Shown: piece after piece, positions 9,760 through 20,155 of the stretch
Numbering within the stretch: position 1 is the stretch's first letter
How the letters are laid out: each line of letters opens with the position of its first letter
Assembly: GCA_963743305.1 (NCBI GenBank)
Contig: CAVUPH010000020.1
Coordinates: 32,001 to 96,000, forward strand
From: an uncultured delta proteobacterium
Lineage (GTDB): Bacteria > Desulfobacterota > RBG-13-43-22
Length of the DNA stretch: 64,000 nt
Reading direction: 5' to 3'
The notes under the pieces: model-generated
Database searches by the model: none
What the model saw: only the letters and a program-made list of their open reading frames with translations
What the model was told of the DNA's origin: nothing
Made by a program: the position numbers and the translations under genes

Positions 9760-10958
9760 TTTTTAAGAATAAAATAGATCCTCCCCTCATGGCGCAGGTG
9801 CCCGGCGGCCATTTCTGCCTGAGCCCCGGGACCCCAGAAAAAATCGAGGCGTCCCGGCCCCTTGATGGCCCCGCCGCTGTCCTGGACCAGCACCCAGCGG
9901 TTCATGGGGACCCAGTAAAGAATCTGATTGTCGGGGGAGAATACCGGCTTGACCCCGGTGAACCAGGCCAATCCGCCAGAGGGAAAAATTTTCGGGTCCA
10001 TGGCCACCGACCGACCGGGGGTCAGGGGGACGTTCAGGCTTCCATAAGGCCCTCCCTGGGCCTCCTGGAAAAAGACGTAACTGGGGTTCAGGTTCAAGAT
10101 CTCATCCTGCTCAAGGGGATGATCCTTTAAGTAGGCGTAGATTCGTTGCAGGGAGACTTCTTCGGGTCTTAAAATGCCCCGGCGAATCAGCTCCCGGCCG
10201 ATCGGGAAATAGGGATGACCGTTGGTCGCCCGGTATTGGAGTTGAACGAAGGCGCCGTCTTCGAGCACCAGGCGGCCCGAACCCTGGATCTGCATGAAAA
10301 AAAGCTTCAAACGGTCATCGGTCCAATACAACTCCAGGCCCCGGCCGGCCAATTTCCCTTCCTGATCGATCTCCCGGCGGGAAAAATAAGGGAGGACCTT
10401 TCGGCCCAATAATCGTCCGATCAGCCGTTCCCCCTTGTATTTGTTGGAGAAATTCTCGAGGTCGATGGTCAGGAGGTCATCCGGTTTTTGATAAAAAGGA
10501 AAAGGAAACTTATCGGAGGGGACCCGACTGGCGGCCAGAGTAGGCTCATAATATCCAGTTGTTAAAAGAGAGGCTGATCGGTTTGGGAATACCAGTTGGT
10601 ACAAATTAAACCGGGCCTTCAATTCCCGCTCCAGGGAAGGAACATCCATATTGGTATTCAGAAGTTCCTGAAGAAGAGATAAGGTGGATCGGATTTCTTC
10701 GTTGGAAATTTCCCGAGTTCCCAGAGGATAGGTCTTTTGAGGGGAGCTCTTCTGGAGGTAGATCAAACTTTGGGTCAGGGCTTGCCGAAGGCTTTCCCGG
10801 TCGGCGTCGTCATCCAGCAGGGGCCAATCCTTCTCGGAAATCAGTTCCAGGATACAGGGCTCAGGAGAGGTTAGCGGAGGACCAACGGGTCGATAAAAAC
10901 AGGAAGACAGTTGAAAGGCAAGCAGGATTAAAAGTAACCCTTTGAAAACTCGGATCAT
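9756..10958 (-). CDS. mltA: Membrane-bound lytic murein transglycosylase A (lipoprotein)
   Basis: Lipobox LSSC, TGYYEP, FMQIQGSG, NPSYVFF, QDSGGAIKGPGRLDFFWG. Confidence 0.92.
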   Translation of the reverse strand: MIRVFKGLLLILLAFQLSSCFYRPVGPPLTSPEPCILELISEKDWPLLDDDADRESLRQALTQSLIYLQKSSPQKTYPLGTREISNEEIRSTLSLLQELLNTNMDVPSLERELKARFNLYQLVFPNRSASLLTTGYYEPTLAASRVPSDKFPFPFYQKPDDLLTIDLENFSNKYKGERLIGRLLGRKVLPYFSRREIDQEGKLAGRGLELYWTDDRLKLFFMQIQGSGRLVLEDGAFVQLQYRATNGHPYFPIGRELIRRGILRPEEVSLQRIYAYLKDHPLEQDEILNLNPSYVFFQEAQGGPYGSLNVPLTPGRSVAMDPKIFPSGGLAWFTGVKPVFSPDNQILYWVPMNRWVLVQDSGGAIKGPGRLDFFWGPGAQAEMAAGHLRHEGRIYFILKK

Positions 10959-11048
10959 AAGGGTTTCTTTTATCCAAGTCAGGGCCAATAGTCAAACGGT
11001 AAATGCGCCCAACATTCTCCTTGTCTTTTCGTTTATTATCCATTAAGG

Positions 11049-11066
11049 TGTGTTTTATTTAACACA
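11049..11066. promoter_or_regulatory. Palindromic candidate enhancer (bEBP binding site) upstream of lpxC
   Basis: TGTGTT-N6-AACACA, about 100 bp upstream of the sigma54 promoter. Confidence 0.6.
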
Positions 11067-11160
11067 GTCCACAGAAAGTTCTACCGCAGGCATCCAGGCT
11101 CTTAATGAAAAAATTTAGTTAAATCATTTAAGTTATTTTGATGAGGCCCAAATGGTTTTA

Positions 11161-11177
11161 TTGGCACCTCGATTGCA
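11161..11177 (+). promoter_or_regulatory. Sigma54 (-24/-12) promoter of lpxC
   Basis: TTGGCACCTCGATTGCA matches TGGCAC-N5-TTGC with GG-N10-GC spacing. Confidence 0.8.
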
Positions 11178-11192
11178 TATGTATCTTCTGTC

Positions 11193-12080
11193 ATGGTAAT
11201 CCATCAACGTACGATTAATCGAGAAGCCGGGTGCGCCGGAATAGGTCTTCATAACGGGAAGAAGGTCAACCTCACCTTAAAGCCGGCTGAACCGGATTCA
11301 GGGATCCGCTTTGTCCGGGTGGATCTTCCCAATTCCCCGGTTATTGAAGCCAAAAATACCCAGGTGGTGGCCACCCAATTGGCTACTTCCATCGGGTACA
11401 ACGGGTATCGAATTTCCACCGTGGAACACCTGTTAGCGGCCTTATCCGGATTAGGCATCGACAATGCCTCCATTGAACTGGATTCATCGGAGGTCCCGAT
11501 TATGGACGGGAGTTCCGGTCCTTTCATCCGTTTGCTTCATGAAGCCGGCCTGAAAAAACAAGAGGAAACAAAAAAATATCTGGTAGTTAAACGACCGGTA
11601 GAGGTCCGGGAAAACGGGAGTAAAGTCACGTTGCTCCCGGCGGATGAATTCAGGATATCATGTACCATCGACTACGATCACCCGCTCCTGCAGAACCAAT
11701 CGCTCACGGTCGCGGTCGAGGATAAATCGTTTGTTCAGGAGATCGGTTGGGCTCGCACTTTTGGGTTTCTGGAAGAAGTGGAAAGCCTCAAAAGAAGTGG
11801 TTTTGCTCAGGGCGGTTCTTTGGAAAATGCCATCGTGATCGATCGTTCCGGAGTCCTGAACGAGAAAGGGCTGCGGTTCCGAGATGAATTTGTTCGTCAT
11901 AAGATCTTGGACCTGATCGGTGATTTATCTCTGATCGGTATGCCGATCAGAGGCCATGTCGTCGCCCATAAATCCGGGCATACCCTTCATCGAAATCTGG
12001 TCCAGACGCTGCTTTCCGACCCCGCAAATTACAAAATTGTCACCCCGGTCAACGGAACGAACCCTCCTAACCAGTGGTAA
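11193..12080 (+). CDS. lpxC: UDP-3-O-acyl-N-acetylglucosamine deacetylase
   Basis: QRTI, GIGLHNG, STVEHLLAAL, EVPIMDGS, ARTFGF, GGSLENAIV, EFVRHKILDLIGDL, KSGH. Confidence 0.97.
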   Translation: MVIHQRTINREAGCAGIGLHNGKKVNLTLKPAEPDSGIRFVRVDLPNSPVIEAKNTQVVATQLATSIGYNGYRISTVEHLLAALSGLGIDNASIELDSSEVPIMDGSSGPFIRLLHEAGLKKQEETKKYLVVKRPVEVRENGSKVTLLPADEFRISCTIDYDHPLLQNQSLTVAVEDKSFVQEIGWARTFGFLEEVESLKRSGFAQGGSLENAIVIDRSGVLNEKGLRFRDEFVRHKILDLIGDLSLIGMPIRGHVVAHKSGHTLHRNLVQTLLSDPANYKIVTPVNGTNPPNQW

Positions 12081-12195
12081 ACGATCCCTTAGCCTACCCC
12101 CCCTATTTCCTTATCCCCCGCTAAAATTTAGATTCAGTTCAATAAATTTCCCGCTGCCTGCTTGCTTTTTTTCGATATTCTGATAAGATACGGCT

Positions 12196-12783
12196 ATGAG
12201 TGGGTTTTTTTCAAAAATATCAAAATATTCCTGTCTCTTAGGGGTGATTAGTCTGGTCCTGGTTTTCTCCTTGACCTCGATGCTCTGGGGTAAACAGGCC
12301 CAGATTGCCGATATTATCGTAACCAATAATCGAGACCAGTTGCTGGTCTACTTTAATACCAAGGGGTGTTTTACGCCGGATATGAACAAGGCGATCATGA
12401 GCGGCATTCCCACCACCTTTACCTTTTTTATAGAGATCTACCAACCGCGTAATTTTTGGCCCAACAAGAAATTATCCGCCGTTAAACTTCATCACACCAT
12501 CAAATATGATTCCCTGAGGGAGGAATTTAACCTCACGCTGAGTGAACGGGGAAACCAGACCTTTATTGTCAAGGAATTCTCCAAGGCCCAGGAGATAATG
12601 GCCGATGTCAGTAATATCCAACTGATTCCGCTGAAGCAGTTAGAAAGAAACAATCAATACCAACTGCGGATAAAAGCGGAGTTGAATAAGGTCACCCTGC
12701 CTCTTTATCTGCACTACATCCTCTTTTTTGTCTCCTTGTGGGATTTTGAAACCGATTGGTATGTGGTGGAATTCAACTACTAA
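12196..12783 (+). CDS. DUF4390 domain periplasmic protein
   Basis: Signal peptide, SGIPTTFTF, C-terminal WDFETDW; usual position directly upstream of ntrY-like kinase. Confidence 0.75.
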   Translation: MSGFFSKISKYSCLLGVISLVLVFSLTSMLWGKQAQIADIIVTNNRDQLLVYFNTKGCFTPDMNKAIMSGIPTTFTFFIEIYQPRNFWPNKKLSAVKLHHTIKYDSLREEFNLTLSERGNQTFIVKEFSKAQEIMADVSNIQLIPLKQLERNNQYQLRIKAELNKVTLPLYLHYILFFVSLWDFETDWYVVEFNY

Positions 12784-12819
12784 GCAATTGACCCCGGCTT
12801 TTATTATTGCTGCCCGCCT

Positions 12820-15066
12820 ATGGCTCAGCACCTCAAAGGATTAAAAACGGATTTCCCGGAGGAGGAAAAGGAACACCGCCGCCGAAGAAGAGAACGGATC
12901 ATCATCGTCATTACTTCGGTGGTGGTCATTGCCATAACCTTCTGGGAAACCAAGATCCTCCGCACCGAAATTCCCTTTTCCACGACCCAGCGGGTGATTC
13001 TCTTCGCCCTCATCAATATTAATATCATCCTCCTGCTGTTGTTGATCTTCTTAGTTGTCCGGAATCTTTCCAAGCTGTTCCTGGAACGAAAGCGTAAAAT
13101 ACTGGGTTCCAAAATACGTACCAAACTGGTCATGGGTTTTGTCACCCTCTCCCTGATTCCCACCATAGTGCTTTTTGTGATCGCCTACGAATTTATGACC
13201 ACCGGAATGGATTACTGGTTCACCATTCATCTGGAAAGGTCTCTCGAAGATTCTTTGGACGTGGGCAAGGCCTATTACCAATCCTCCCAGAGGGGAACTC
13301 GGACTTATGCGCAACAGATTTCCCAGGACTTGGCGCAGCCGGGCGCCTTAAGCCCCGCCAACTCCCTGGAGGTTCAGAAATTACTGCAGGACAAGCTCCA
13401 GGAATATGGGTTGTCCTGGGTGGCCCTTTACCTGCCGAACATGGAGCGACGTTTCCAGGTTGCCCGACCGGAAGCCTTTCTTGAATTTTTCAACGCCCCG
13501 TCCCTGTCCTTTATCCAAAAGGGTTTCCAGCCCTCGGGAATTACCGACATCCAATCAACACCGGAAGGGGACTTCTTCATTGCCGGAGTCCCGGTTTGGG
13601 ACAAATCGCAATCCAAAGCAGCGGCGGCCACCCTGGTGGTAGTATCCTATTTCCCCAAAACCCTGATGCGAAAAATGGACGCCATCTCGAGCGGTCTGGA
13701 AGGCTACCGCCAGATGCAGTTACTGAAGAATCCTATCAAATTTACCTACTTAATCATTCTCTCGATTGTCACCCTGCTGATTATTTTTTCGGCCACCTGG
13801 TTTGGTTTTTATTTGGCCAAAGGGATTACTATCCCCATTCAACGGCTGGCCGAGGGCACCTTCCGAGTCGCTCAGGGGGACTATAATTTTACTATCGACC
13901 TGGACGCCAAGGATGAATTCGGGCTGTTAGTCCGATCTTTTAATCAAATGACGGCCGACCTGAAGGAGGGTCAGACCGAACTGGAAAGAATCAATGAGGA
14001 ACTCCGAAAAAGCTATGAGGAAATCAACCAGCGGCGGAGGTACATGGAAACCATTTTGGCCAATATCGGGGCCGGAGTCATTTCGGTGGACGTTGTGGGC
14101 CGGATCAGCATCATCAATACCTCCGCCAAGGAAATGCTCAATATCAAAACCGAAAAAGTCCTGGGACGGCCTTATCGAGAGGTGCTCCGGCCGGAACATT
14201 TCGCCCTGGTGCAGGACGTAGTCGCCAATCTGGACGGGCTCAAGAAAGGAACGCTGGAGCGATCATTACAAGTCCCTTTGCGGGATCGGACCTTAACCCT
14301 GCTGGTAAAAATAACCATGTTACGGGACGAAGAGGGGAAATACCTGGGGCTGGTTATCGTCTTCGATGATCTGACCGAGATCGAAAAGATCCAAAAGGTT
14401 TCGGCCTGGCGAGAAGTGGCCCGGCGACTGGCCCACGAGATCAAAAACCCCTTGACGCCTATCAAGCTGTCGGCCCAACGGTTGCGGAAAAAATATTTGG
14501 ACCAATTGCCGAGCGGCCGTGATATTTTTGATGATTGCACCCAGACCATTATCAACCAGGTGGACGAACTGACCCGACTGGTCAATGAATTTTTTGTCTT
14601 TGCCCGACTGCCGGCGGTTACCTTAAGCCAAAATGACCTGAACACCCTGATTCCGGAAGTCCTGGTTCTTTACCAGGAGAGCCACAAGCACATCCGGTTT
14701 TCGTTTGAACCCGACAGCCAGGTGCCTTCTTTTATGTTGGATCGAGAACAAATCAAACGGGTGATGATTAACCTCTTCGATAATGCCGTGGCGGCCATTG
14801 AGGGCCAGGGAGAGATCTCGATAAAAACCGGCTATGATCCCCTGCTTAAAATGGCCCTTATCGAAGTGTCGGATACCGGAAAGGGCATCCCTCCACAAGA
14901 TAAGGACCGGCTGTTCGAGCCCTATTTCTCCACTAAGAAAGAAGGCACCGGGTTGGGGTTGACCATAGCCAGTTCCATCATCTCCGATCACCGGGGCCAT
15001 ATCCGGGTCAGAAACAACGAACCCCGGGGGACCATTTTCACTATTGAACTGCCTTTGGAGGTTTAA
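12820..15066 (+). CDS. ntrY: NtrY-like sensor histidine kinase (HAMP, PAS, HisKA, HATPase)
   Basis: AWREVARRLAHEIKNPLTPIKLSAQRL, NLFDNA, DTGKGI, FEPYFSTK.GTGLGL. Confidence 0.9.
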   Translation: MAQHLKGLKTDFPEEEKEHRRRRRERIIIVITSVVVIAITFWETKILRTEIPFSTTQRVILFALININIILLLLLIFLVVRNLSKLFLERKRKILGSKIRTKLVMGFVTLSLIPTIVLFVIAYEFMTTGMDYWFTIHLERSLEDSLDVGKAYYQSSQRGTRTYAQQISQDLAQPGALSPANSLEVQKLLQDKLQEYGLSWVALYLPNMERRFQVARPEAFLEFFNAPSLSFIQKGFQPSGITDIQSTPEGDFFIAGVPVWDKSQSKAAAATLVVVSYFPKTLMRKMDAISSGLEGYRQMQLLKNPIKFTYLIILSIVTLLIIFSATWFGFYLAKGITIPIQRLAEGTFRVAQGDYNFTIDLDAKDEFGLLVRSFNQMTADLKEGQTELERINEELRKSYEEINQRRRYMETILANIGAGVISVDVVGRISIINTSAKEMLNIKTEKVLGRPYREVLRPEHFALVQDVVANLDGLKKGTLERSLQVPLRDRTLTLLVKITMLRDEEGKYLGLVIVFDDLTEIEKIQKVSAWREVARRLAHEIKNPLTPIKLSAQRLRKKYLDQLPSGRDIFDDCTQTIINQVDELTRLVNEFFVFARLPAVTLSQNDLNTLIPEVLVLYQESHKHIRFSFEPDSQVPSFMLDREQIKRVMINLFDNAVAAIEGQGEISIKTGYDPLLKMALIEVSDTGKGIPPQDKDRLFEPYFSTKKEGTGLGLTIASSIISDHRGHIRVRNNEPRGTIFTIELPLEV

Positions 15067-15156
15067 GGAAATCTCTTTTCACTCGGTTCTATCCGTGATA
15101 AAAGAGACTGCAGATCTTTGCCGGTCAGCCGGGATTCTGTTTTATCGGGGAGCTCC

Positions 15157-16536
15157 TTGCCCAAACTGGTTTTAGTAGTAGACGACGAACCGGAAATCCT
15201 GAAGTCGGTCCAGCAGATACTGCTGGACGAAGGCTATGAGGTGATCTGCGCTCGTGACGGACACGAGGCCCTTAGAAAAGCAGAAGAGGAGAATCCGGAC
15301 CTGGTGTTGCTGGACATCAAAATGCCCGGACTCGATGGGATCGAGGTGCTTCAGTGGATCAAGACGACCCATCCTCAGTTGCCGGTCATCATGATGTCCG
15401 CTCACGGCACCATTGAAACGGCGGTCAAGGCCACGAAACTAGGTGCCCATGATTTTATTGAAAAACCGCTCTCCCTGGAGCGGATCACGGTCGCCATCCG
15501 CAAGGCCCTGGACTACCGCCTCCTGGAGGAGGAAACCCTTTTCTTCCGGCAGAAAGAGGAGGCGCGTCATCAACTGACCGGTCACAGCGAACCCGTCCAA
15601 AAGCTGAAACAACAGATTGACATCGTGGCCCCCACCAGCGCTTGGATCCTCATCCGGGGAGAAAACGGCACCGGGAAAGAGATCGTGGCCCATACCATTC
15701 ACCGATTGAGCAAACGGAAGAACAAGCCCTTTGTGGAGGTCAACTGTGCCGCTATTCCTGAGGAGTTGATTGAAAGCGAATTGTTCGGTCACGAGCGGGG
15801 GGCCTTTACCGGCGCCACCAACCAAAAAAAAGGTAAATTTGATCTTTCCCATGAAGGCACCTTGTTTTTGGATGAAATCGGAGATATGAGCCTGAAAACC
15901 CAGGCCAAAATTCTTCGGATCCTTCAAGAGCAAAAATTTGAAAGAGTCGGCGGCGGGAAAACAATCGTCGTGGATGTCCGAGTGATTGCCGCCACCAACA
16001 AAGACCTGGAGCAGGAAATCAGCCTGGGGAATTTTCGGGAGGACCTCTATTACCGCCTCAATGTCATCCCTTTGGAAGTGCCGCCGCTGCGAGAGCGAAA
16101 AGAGGACTTGCCCGATTTGATCGAAGAATTTCTGAAAGAATACGCCCTTAAGACCGGAACGGATAAGAAAAACCTGGATCCGCGTTCTTATGATTTATTG
16201 AGGGAGTACGAATGGCCCGGTAATGTGCGGGAGTTGAAAAACCTGATCGAACGATTGGTAATTATGACCCCGGGAGCGATCATCGCGGCCGATGACCTGC
16301 CGGACCATCTAACCAAGAAGCCCGGGACGGATAGCCCGGGTGCCGCCGGTCCGGCCTTCTTGCAGGAAAAGGATTTCAAGGAAGCCAAGATCCGCTTTGA
16401 AAAAGAATTTATTGTCCGGAAACTGCAGGAACACCAGGGAAATATCACCCAAACCGCCGAGGCCTTGGGGATTGAACGTAGCCACCTGCACAAAAAAATT
16501 AAGGCCTACGGCATAAAGTTGGATAATGGAGACTAA
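15157..16536 (+). CDS. ntrX: NtrX-like sigma54-dependent response regulator (REC-AAA+-HTH)
   Basis: VVDDE, LLDIKMP, GENGTGKE, intact ELFGHERGAFTGA, WPGNVRELKN, Fis HTH; probable TTG start at 15157 after GGGAG. Confidence 0.9.
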   Translation: MPKLVLVVDDEPEILKSVQQILLDEGYEVICARDGHEALRKAEEENPDLVLLDIKMPGLDGIEVLQWIKTTHPQLPVIMMSAHGTIETAVKATKLGAHDFIEKPLSLERITVAIRKALDYRLLEEETLFFRQKEEARHQLTGHSEPVQKLKQQIDIVAPTSAWILIRGENGTGKEIVAHTIHRLSKRKNKPFVEVNCAAIPEELIESELFGHERGAFTGATNQKKGKFDLSHEGTLFLDEIGDMSLKTQAKILRILQEQKFERVGGGKTIVVDVRVIAATNKDLEQEISLGNFREDLYYRLNVIPLEVPPLRERKEDLPDLIEEFLKEYALKTGTDKKNLDPRSYDLLREYEWPGNVRELKNLIERLVIMTPGAIIAADDLPDHLTKKPGTDSPGAAGPAFLQEKDFKEAKIRFEKEFIVRKLQEHQGNITQTAEALGIERSHLHKKIKAYGIKLDNGD

Positions 16537-17368
16537 ACCTCGAATAATTCAGTTGGTAGTTAAGAATAATTTAATGGCCCATCGGGAGGCCCGGATCATC
16601 AAAGATCGCTTGACCCGGGAAATGGGTCTTTCTGTTTTTTGGGATGAGGAGCAGGATCCCGGCAGCGAATGGAACCCAACAGACGGACCGGCAGACCTCA
16701 TTTTAGTCCTGGGTGGGGATGGAACGTTGTTGAAGGCCGCCCGTCTTTACGGCGGCCAGGGAACACCCATCCTGGGGATCAATCTGGGGGGGCTGGGTTT
16801 TTTAACGGAAATTGCCTTGGAGGAATTCTACTCCATCCTGGAAAAAATATTCCAAGGCGATTTTCAAACGGAAACCCGAATGATGTTGAAGGCACAGATC
16901 GTCCGTCAAGACCAGGTTCTGGAGCCCACCGTTTTTCTCAACGACATGGTGATCAATAAGGGTGCGTTGGCCCGAATTATCGATCTGGAAACCAGTATTG
17001 ATAACCAGTTTCTAACCATCTACCGCGGAGACGGGTTAATCGTTGCCACCCCTACCGGTTCGACCGCCTATAACCTGGCGGCCGGGGGGCCTATCCTCCA
17101 CCCGGCCCTCCGGACCATCATCCTTACGCCCATCTGTCCCTTTACCTTGACCAACCGGCCGATTATTCTACAAGACAACTCGGTAATCGACATTCGCCTC
17201 GGGGCCAAGGCCCGAGATGTCTGGTTGACGATCGACGGGCAAATCGGCTATCCTCTGATGCCCGGAGACTTGGTCCAGGTCCAAAGGGCAACAGGGCAAA
17301 TTACGCTTATAAAATCACCCCTAAAAAATTATTTTGAAATTCTGCGCACCAAACTTAAATGGGGATAA
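16526..17368 (+). CDS. nadK: NAD+ kinase
   Basis: LGGDGTLL, GINLGGLGFL, DGLIVATPTGSTAYNLAAGGP, LRTKLKWG. Confidence 0.95.
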   Translation: METKPRIIQLVVKNNLMAHREARIIKDRLTREMGLSVFWDEEQDPGSEWNPTDGPADLILVLGGDGTLLKAARLYGGQGTPILGINLGGLGFLTEIALEEFYSILEKIFQGDFQTETRMMLKAQIVRQDQVLEPTVFLNDMVINKGALARIIDLETSIDNQFLTIYRGDGLIVATPTGSTAYNLAAGGPILHPALRTIILTPICPFTLTNRPIILQDNSVIDIRLGAKARDVWLTIDGQIGYPLMPGDLVQVQRATGQITLIKSPLKNYFEILRTKLKWG

Positions 17369-17454
17369 ATTGGATTCAGCCGATGACAGGGATGCGGCAG
17401 TTTCAAAAAAGTGAAGATCGGATCGGTTTCGGAAAAGAAGAAATAGACGATTAA

Positions 17455-18138
17455 TCAGGGTAATCGATAGTGGCGGACGGGAGCCGGTTTAAGGATTTTA
17501 ATCAGAAAAATCCCGGTGATAAACCCCCCGATGTGGGCATACCAGGCCACCGATCCTCCTTCGGTTCCGGCATTCAGGAGTTGAATGAGGAACCAGAAAC
17601 CGAGGACCAGGACGGCCGGCACCTTGATAATTCGAATAATGATCACGAAAATAAAGAGAGTGGAGACATTCGTCCGGGGGAATAAGATCAGGTAAGCCCC
17701 CAGGATGCCGGCGATGGCCCCGCTGGCCCCAATCATGGGGATGGTGGCATTAGGGTCTGAAAGGATATGGGACAGGGCGGCGAAGAAACCGGAGATTAAG
17801 TAAAACAAGATAAAGCGGAGAGGTCCGAGGGCGTTTTCGATATTATCCCCGAAAATCCAAAGGTAGAGCATATTGCTGGCCAAATGGATGAACCCGCCAT
17901 GCAAAAACATGGCAGTAAAAATAGTGAAGACGGGTGGCAAGGCGGTTACGTAGAGGAGATCTTTGGCCAGGGGATGGGTCAGGTTATAGGGGATGGCCCC
18001 ATAACGAAAGATCAAAGCTTCCAAATCGAGGGGGGGTAAGGTGAGTTGATAGACATAGACCAAGGCATTGATGGCAATGATCCCTAAGGTTATAAACGGA
18101 AAACGCTCAATAGGACTGTCGTCTTTAAGTGGAATCAT
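17455..18138 (-). CDS. Rhomboid family intramembrane serine protease
   Basis: MFLHGGFIHLASNMLYLWIFGDNIE, GASGAIAG, AWYAHIGGF. Confidence 0.93.
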   Translation of the reverse strand: MIPLKDDSPIERFPFITLGIIAINALVYVYQLTLPPLDLEALIFRYGAIPYNLTHPLAKDLLYVTALPPVFTIFTAMFLHGGFIHLASNMLYLWIFGDNIENALGPLRFILFYLISGFFAALSHILSDPNATIPMIGASGAIAGILGAYLILFPRTNVSTLFIFVIIIRIIKVPAVLVLGFWFLIQLLNAGTEGGSVAWYAHIGGFITGIFLIKILKPAPVRHYRLP

Positions 18139-18303
18139 CAGCCTTCTTCTTATTCTTTAGAAAAATAGTATTTCTTCCTGATTTTACCCATTGAATAATT
18201 CGGTCAATTATTCTTCTATCCTTTCAAGTTGCCAAGTCAAGGTTTTTTTACTCCTTTTTTTGTCCCTTGAATTCTCCCCCCCAATCGGGGTAGAATAAAA
18301 ATC

Positions 18304-19629
18304 ATGAAGCAAGTTCACATATCCACTTTCGGCTGCCAGATGAATGACCGGGATTCGGAACTCATGGCCCAAATTTTAGCGGAACATGATTACCAGCGCA
18401 CCGAACTTCCGGAAGAGGCAGATTTGATCCTGATCAATACCTGCAGTATTCGGCAAAAAGCCGAGGAAAAAGCCTATAGCCTGTTGGGGCGACTGAAAAG
18501 TCTAAAAACCAGGCGGCCGGATCTGATTATCGGCATGGGGGGCTGTGTGGCCCAACAGGAAGGAGAGAGACTTCTGGAAAGGATCCCCCACCTGGATCTG
18601 GTTTTTGGCACCCGCTGGATCAGCCGGCTGCCCGGGTTGGTTAAGGCCGTGGAAGAAGAAGGCCGTCGCCTTTCCCAAACCGAAATGGACCCGGCGGTTG
18701 CTTACCGGCCGTCCTCTTCGACGTTTCGATCCTCGCCGGCCAAGGCTTCGGTTACTATCATGCAGGGGTGTAACAATTATTGCGCCTATTGCGTAGTCCC
18801 CTATGTCCGGGGACCGGAGGTCAGTCGACCCAGCCGGGAAATTCTGCAAGAGGTGCAATCCTTGGCAGCTCAGGGAGTGAAAGAGGTCCTGCTTTTGGGA
18901 CAAAATGTAAACTCCTTCGACCGGCCCGGGGAAGAAGGTCTGGGCTTCGTTAAGCTTTTGGAACAAATGGAAGAGGTGCAGGGCTTGGAACGTATTCGTT
19001 TTACTACGTCGCATCCCAAGGACTTGTCGCCGGCCTTGACTCGCTGTTTCGGACGTCTTTCCAAATTGTGTGAGCACATCCATCTTCCCTTTCAGTCCGG
19101 ATCCGACCGGGTGCTGAAAAGGATGAACCGGCATTACACCCGGGATCTTTACCTGGAAAGGATCGCATCGCTCCGGGATCAATGCCCGGAGATCGCCATT
19201 ACGGCCGATGCCCTGGTCGGTTTTCCCGGGGAGACCCCCGCCGACTTTGAACAAACCCTGGAGTTAATCCAATCCGTAAAGTTTGACGACTTGTTTTCCT
19301 TTAAATATTCGGATCGTCCGCCGGCCCGGGCCAGCCATTTTCCGGACAAAATTCCGGAAGCCGAAAAAAGCCGAAGGTTATCGGAATTGCAGGGCGTTCA
19401 AAAAAAGATCACCCTGGACCGGAACCAAGCCCTGGTGGGCTCGATCCAAATCCTGCTGATGGAAGGGCCGAGTAAGAAGTCCGACCGACAGTGGATGGGG
19501 AGGACCCGGACCAATAAAATTGTTAACGTGGCGTTATCCGGAATAAAAATAGGGACCACCCTGTCGGTCAAAATCGATAAGGGGTACGCGCACTCTTTCA
19601 AAGGGACGATGATCCCTCCGCTTCAATAA
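18304..19629 (+). CDS. miaB: tRNA-2-methylthio-N6-dimethylallyladenosine synthase
   Basis: TFGCQMN, NTCSIR, GCVAQ, radical SAM GCNNYCAYCVVP, RIRFTTSHPKD, TRAM domain. Confidence 0.96.
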   Translation: MKQVHISTFGCQMNDRDSELMAQILAEHDYQRTELPEEADLILINTCSIRQKAEEKAYSLLGRLKSLKTRRPDLIIGMGGCVAQQEGERLLERIPHLDLVFGTRWISRLPGLVKAVEEEGRRLSQTEMDPAVAYRPSSSTFRSSPAKASVTIMQGCNNYCAYCVVPYVRGPEVSRPSREILQEVQSLAAQGVKEVLLLGQNVNSFDRPGEEGLGFVKLLEQMEEVQGLERIRFTTSHPKDLSPALTRCFGRLSKLCEHIHLPFQSGSDRVLKRMNRHYTRDLYLERIASLRDQCPEIAITADALVGFPGETPADFEQTLELIQSVKFDDLFSFKYSDRPPARASHFPDKIPEAEKSRRLSELQGVQKKITLDRNQALVGSIQILLMEGPSKKSDRQWMGRTRTNKIVNVALSGIKIGTTLSVKIDKGYAHSFKGTMIPPLQ

Positions 19630-19648
19630 GGAATTACGGGGAGGCCCC

Positions 19649-20146
19649 ATGTTACTTCGCATGAAAGTGTACGGTTTGACGATCGATCCCATGACCAATA
19701 GTCCCATCATTATACTCAAGGACTTGGAAGGGGACAAAACCCTGCCGATCTGGATCGGGTTGCTAGAGGCTACGGCGATTGCCAGCGAGATGGAAAATGT
19801 AAAATTTTCCCGGCCCATGACCCACGATTTGATGAAAAATCTATTAGACCAATTGAACATCCGAGTGGCGCGTATCGAAATTTGCGATCTGCGAGAAAAT
19901 ACCTTTTACGCCCTGGTTTACTTGGTAACCCAGGACCAAGAGCTCACCATGGACGCCCGACCCAGTGATGCCATAGCCCTGGCCCTCCGTATGCAAGCCC
20001 CTATATTTGTTGATGAAGAAGTCATTCAAAAATCCAAGGCCGTTGATCTGGGGGCCAAAGAGGAAATCCACTCCGATGATGGGAAAAAATGGACCGAAGT
20101 CCTGGAGGGTTTGGATCCGGATGACTTCGGAAAATATAAAATGTAG
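19649..20146 (+). CDS. Bifunctional nuclease family protein (DUF151)
   Basis: LPIWIG..EATAI, RPMTHDL, DARPSDAIALALR. Confidence 0.93.
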   Translation: MLLRMKVYGLTIDPMTNSPIIILKDLEGDKTLPIWIGLLEATAIASEMENVKFSRPMTHDLMKNLLDQLNIRVARIEICDLRENTFYALVYLVTQDQELTMDARPSDAIALALRMQAPIFVDEEVIQKSKAVDLGAKEEIHSDDGKKWTEVLEGLDPDDFGKYKM

Positions 20147-20155
20147 CCTCAGTGA

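Noticed and set aside
11121-11137. IHF site between the enhancer and the sigma54 promoter
   Set aside because: AT-rich and similar to WATCAANNNNTTR, but the spacing is off by one base.
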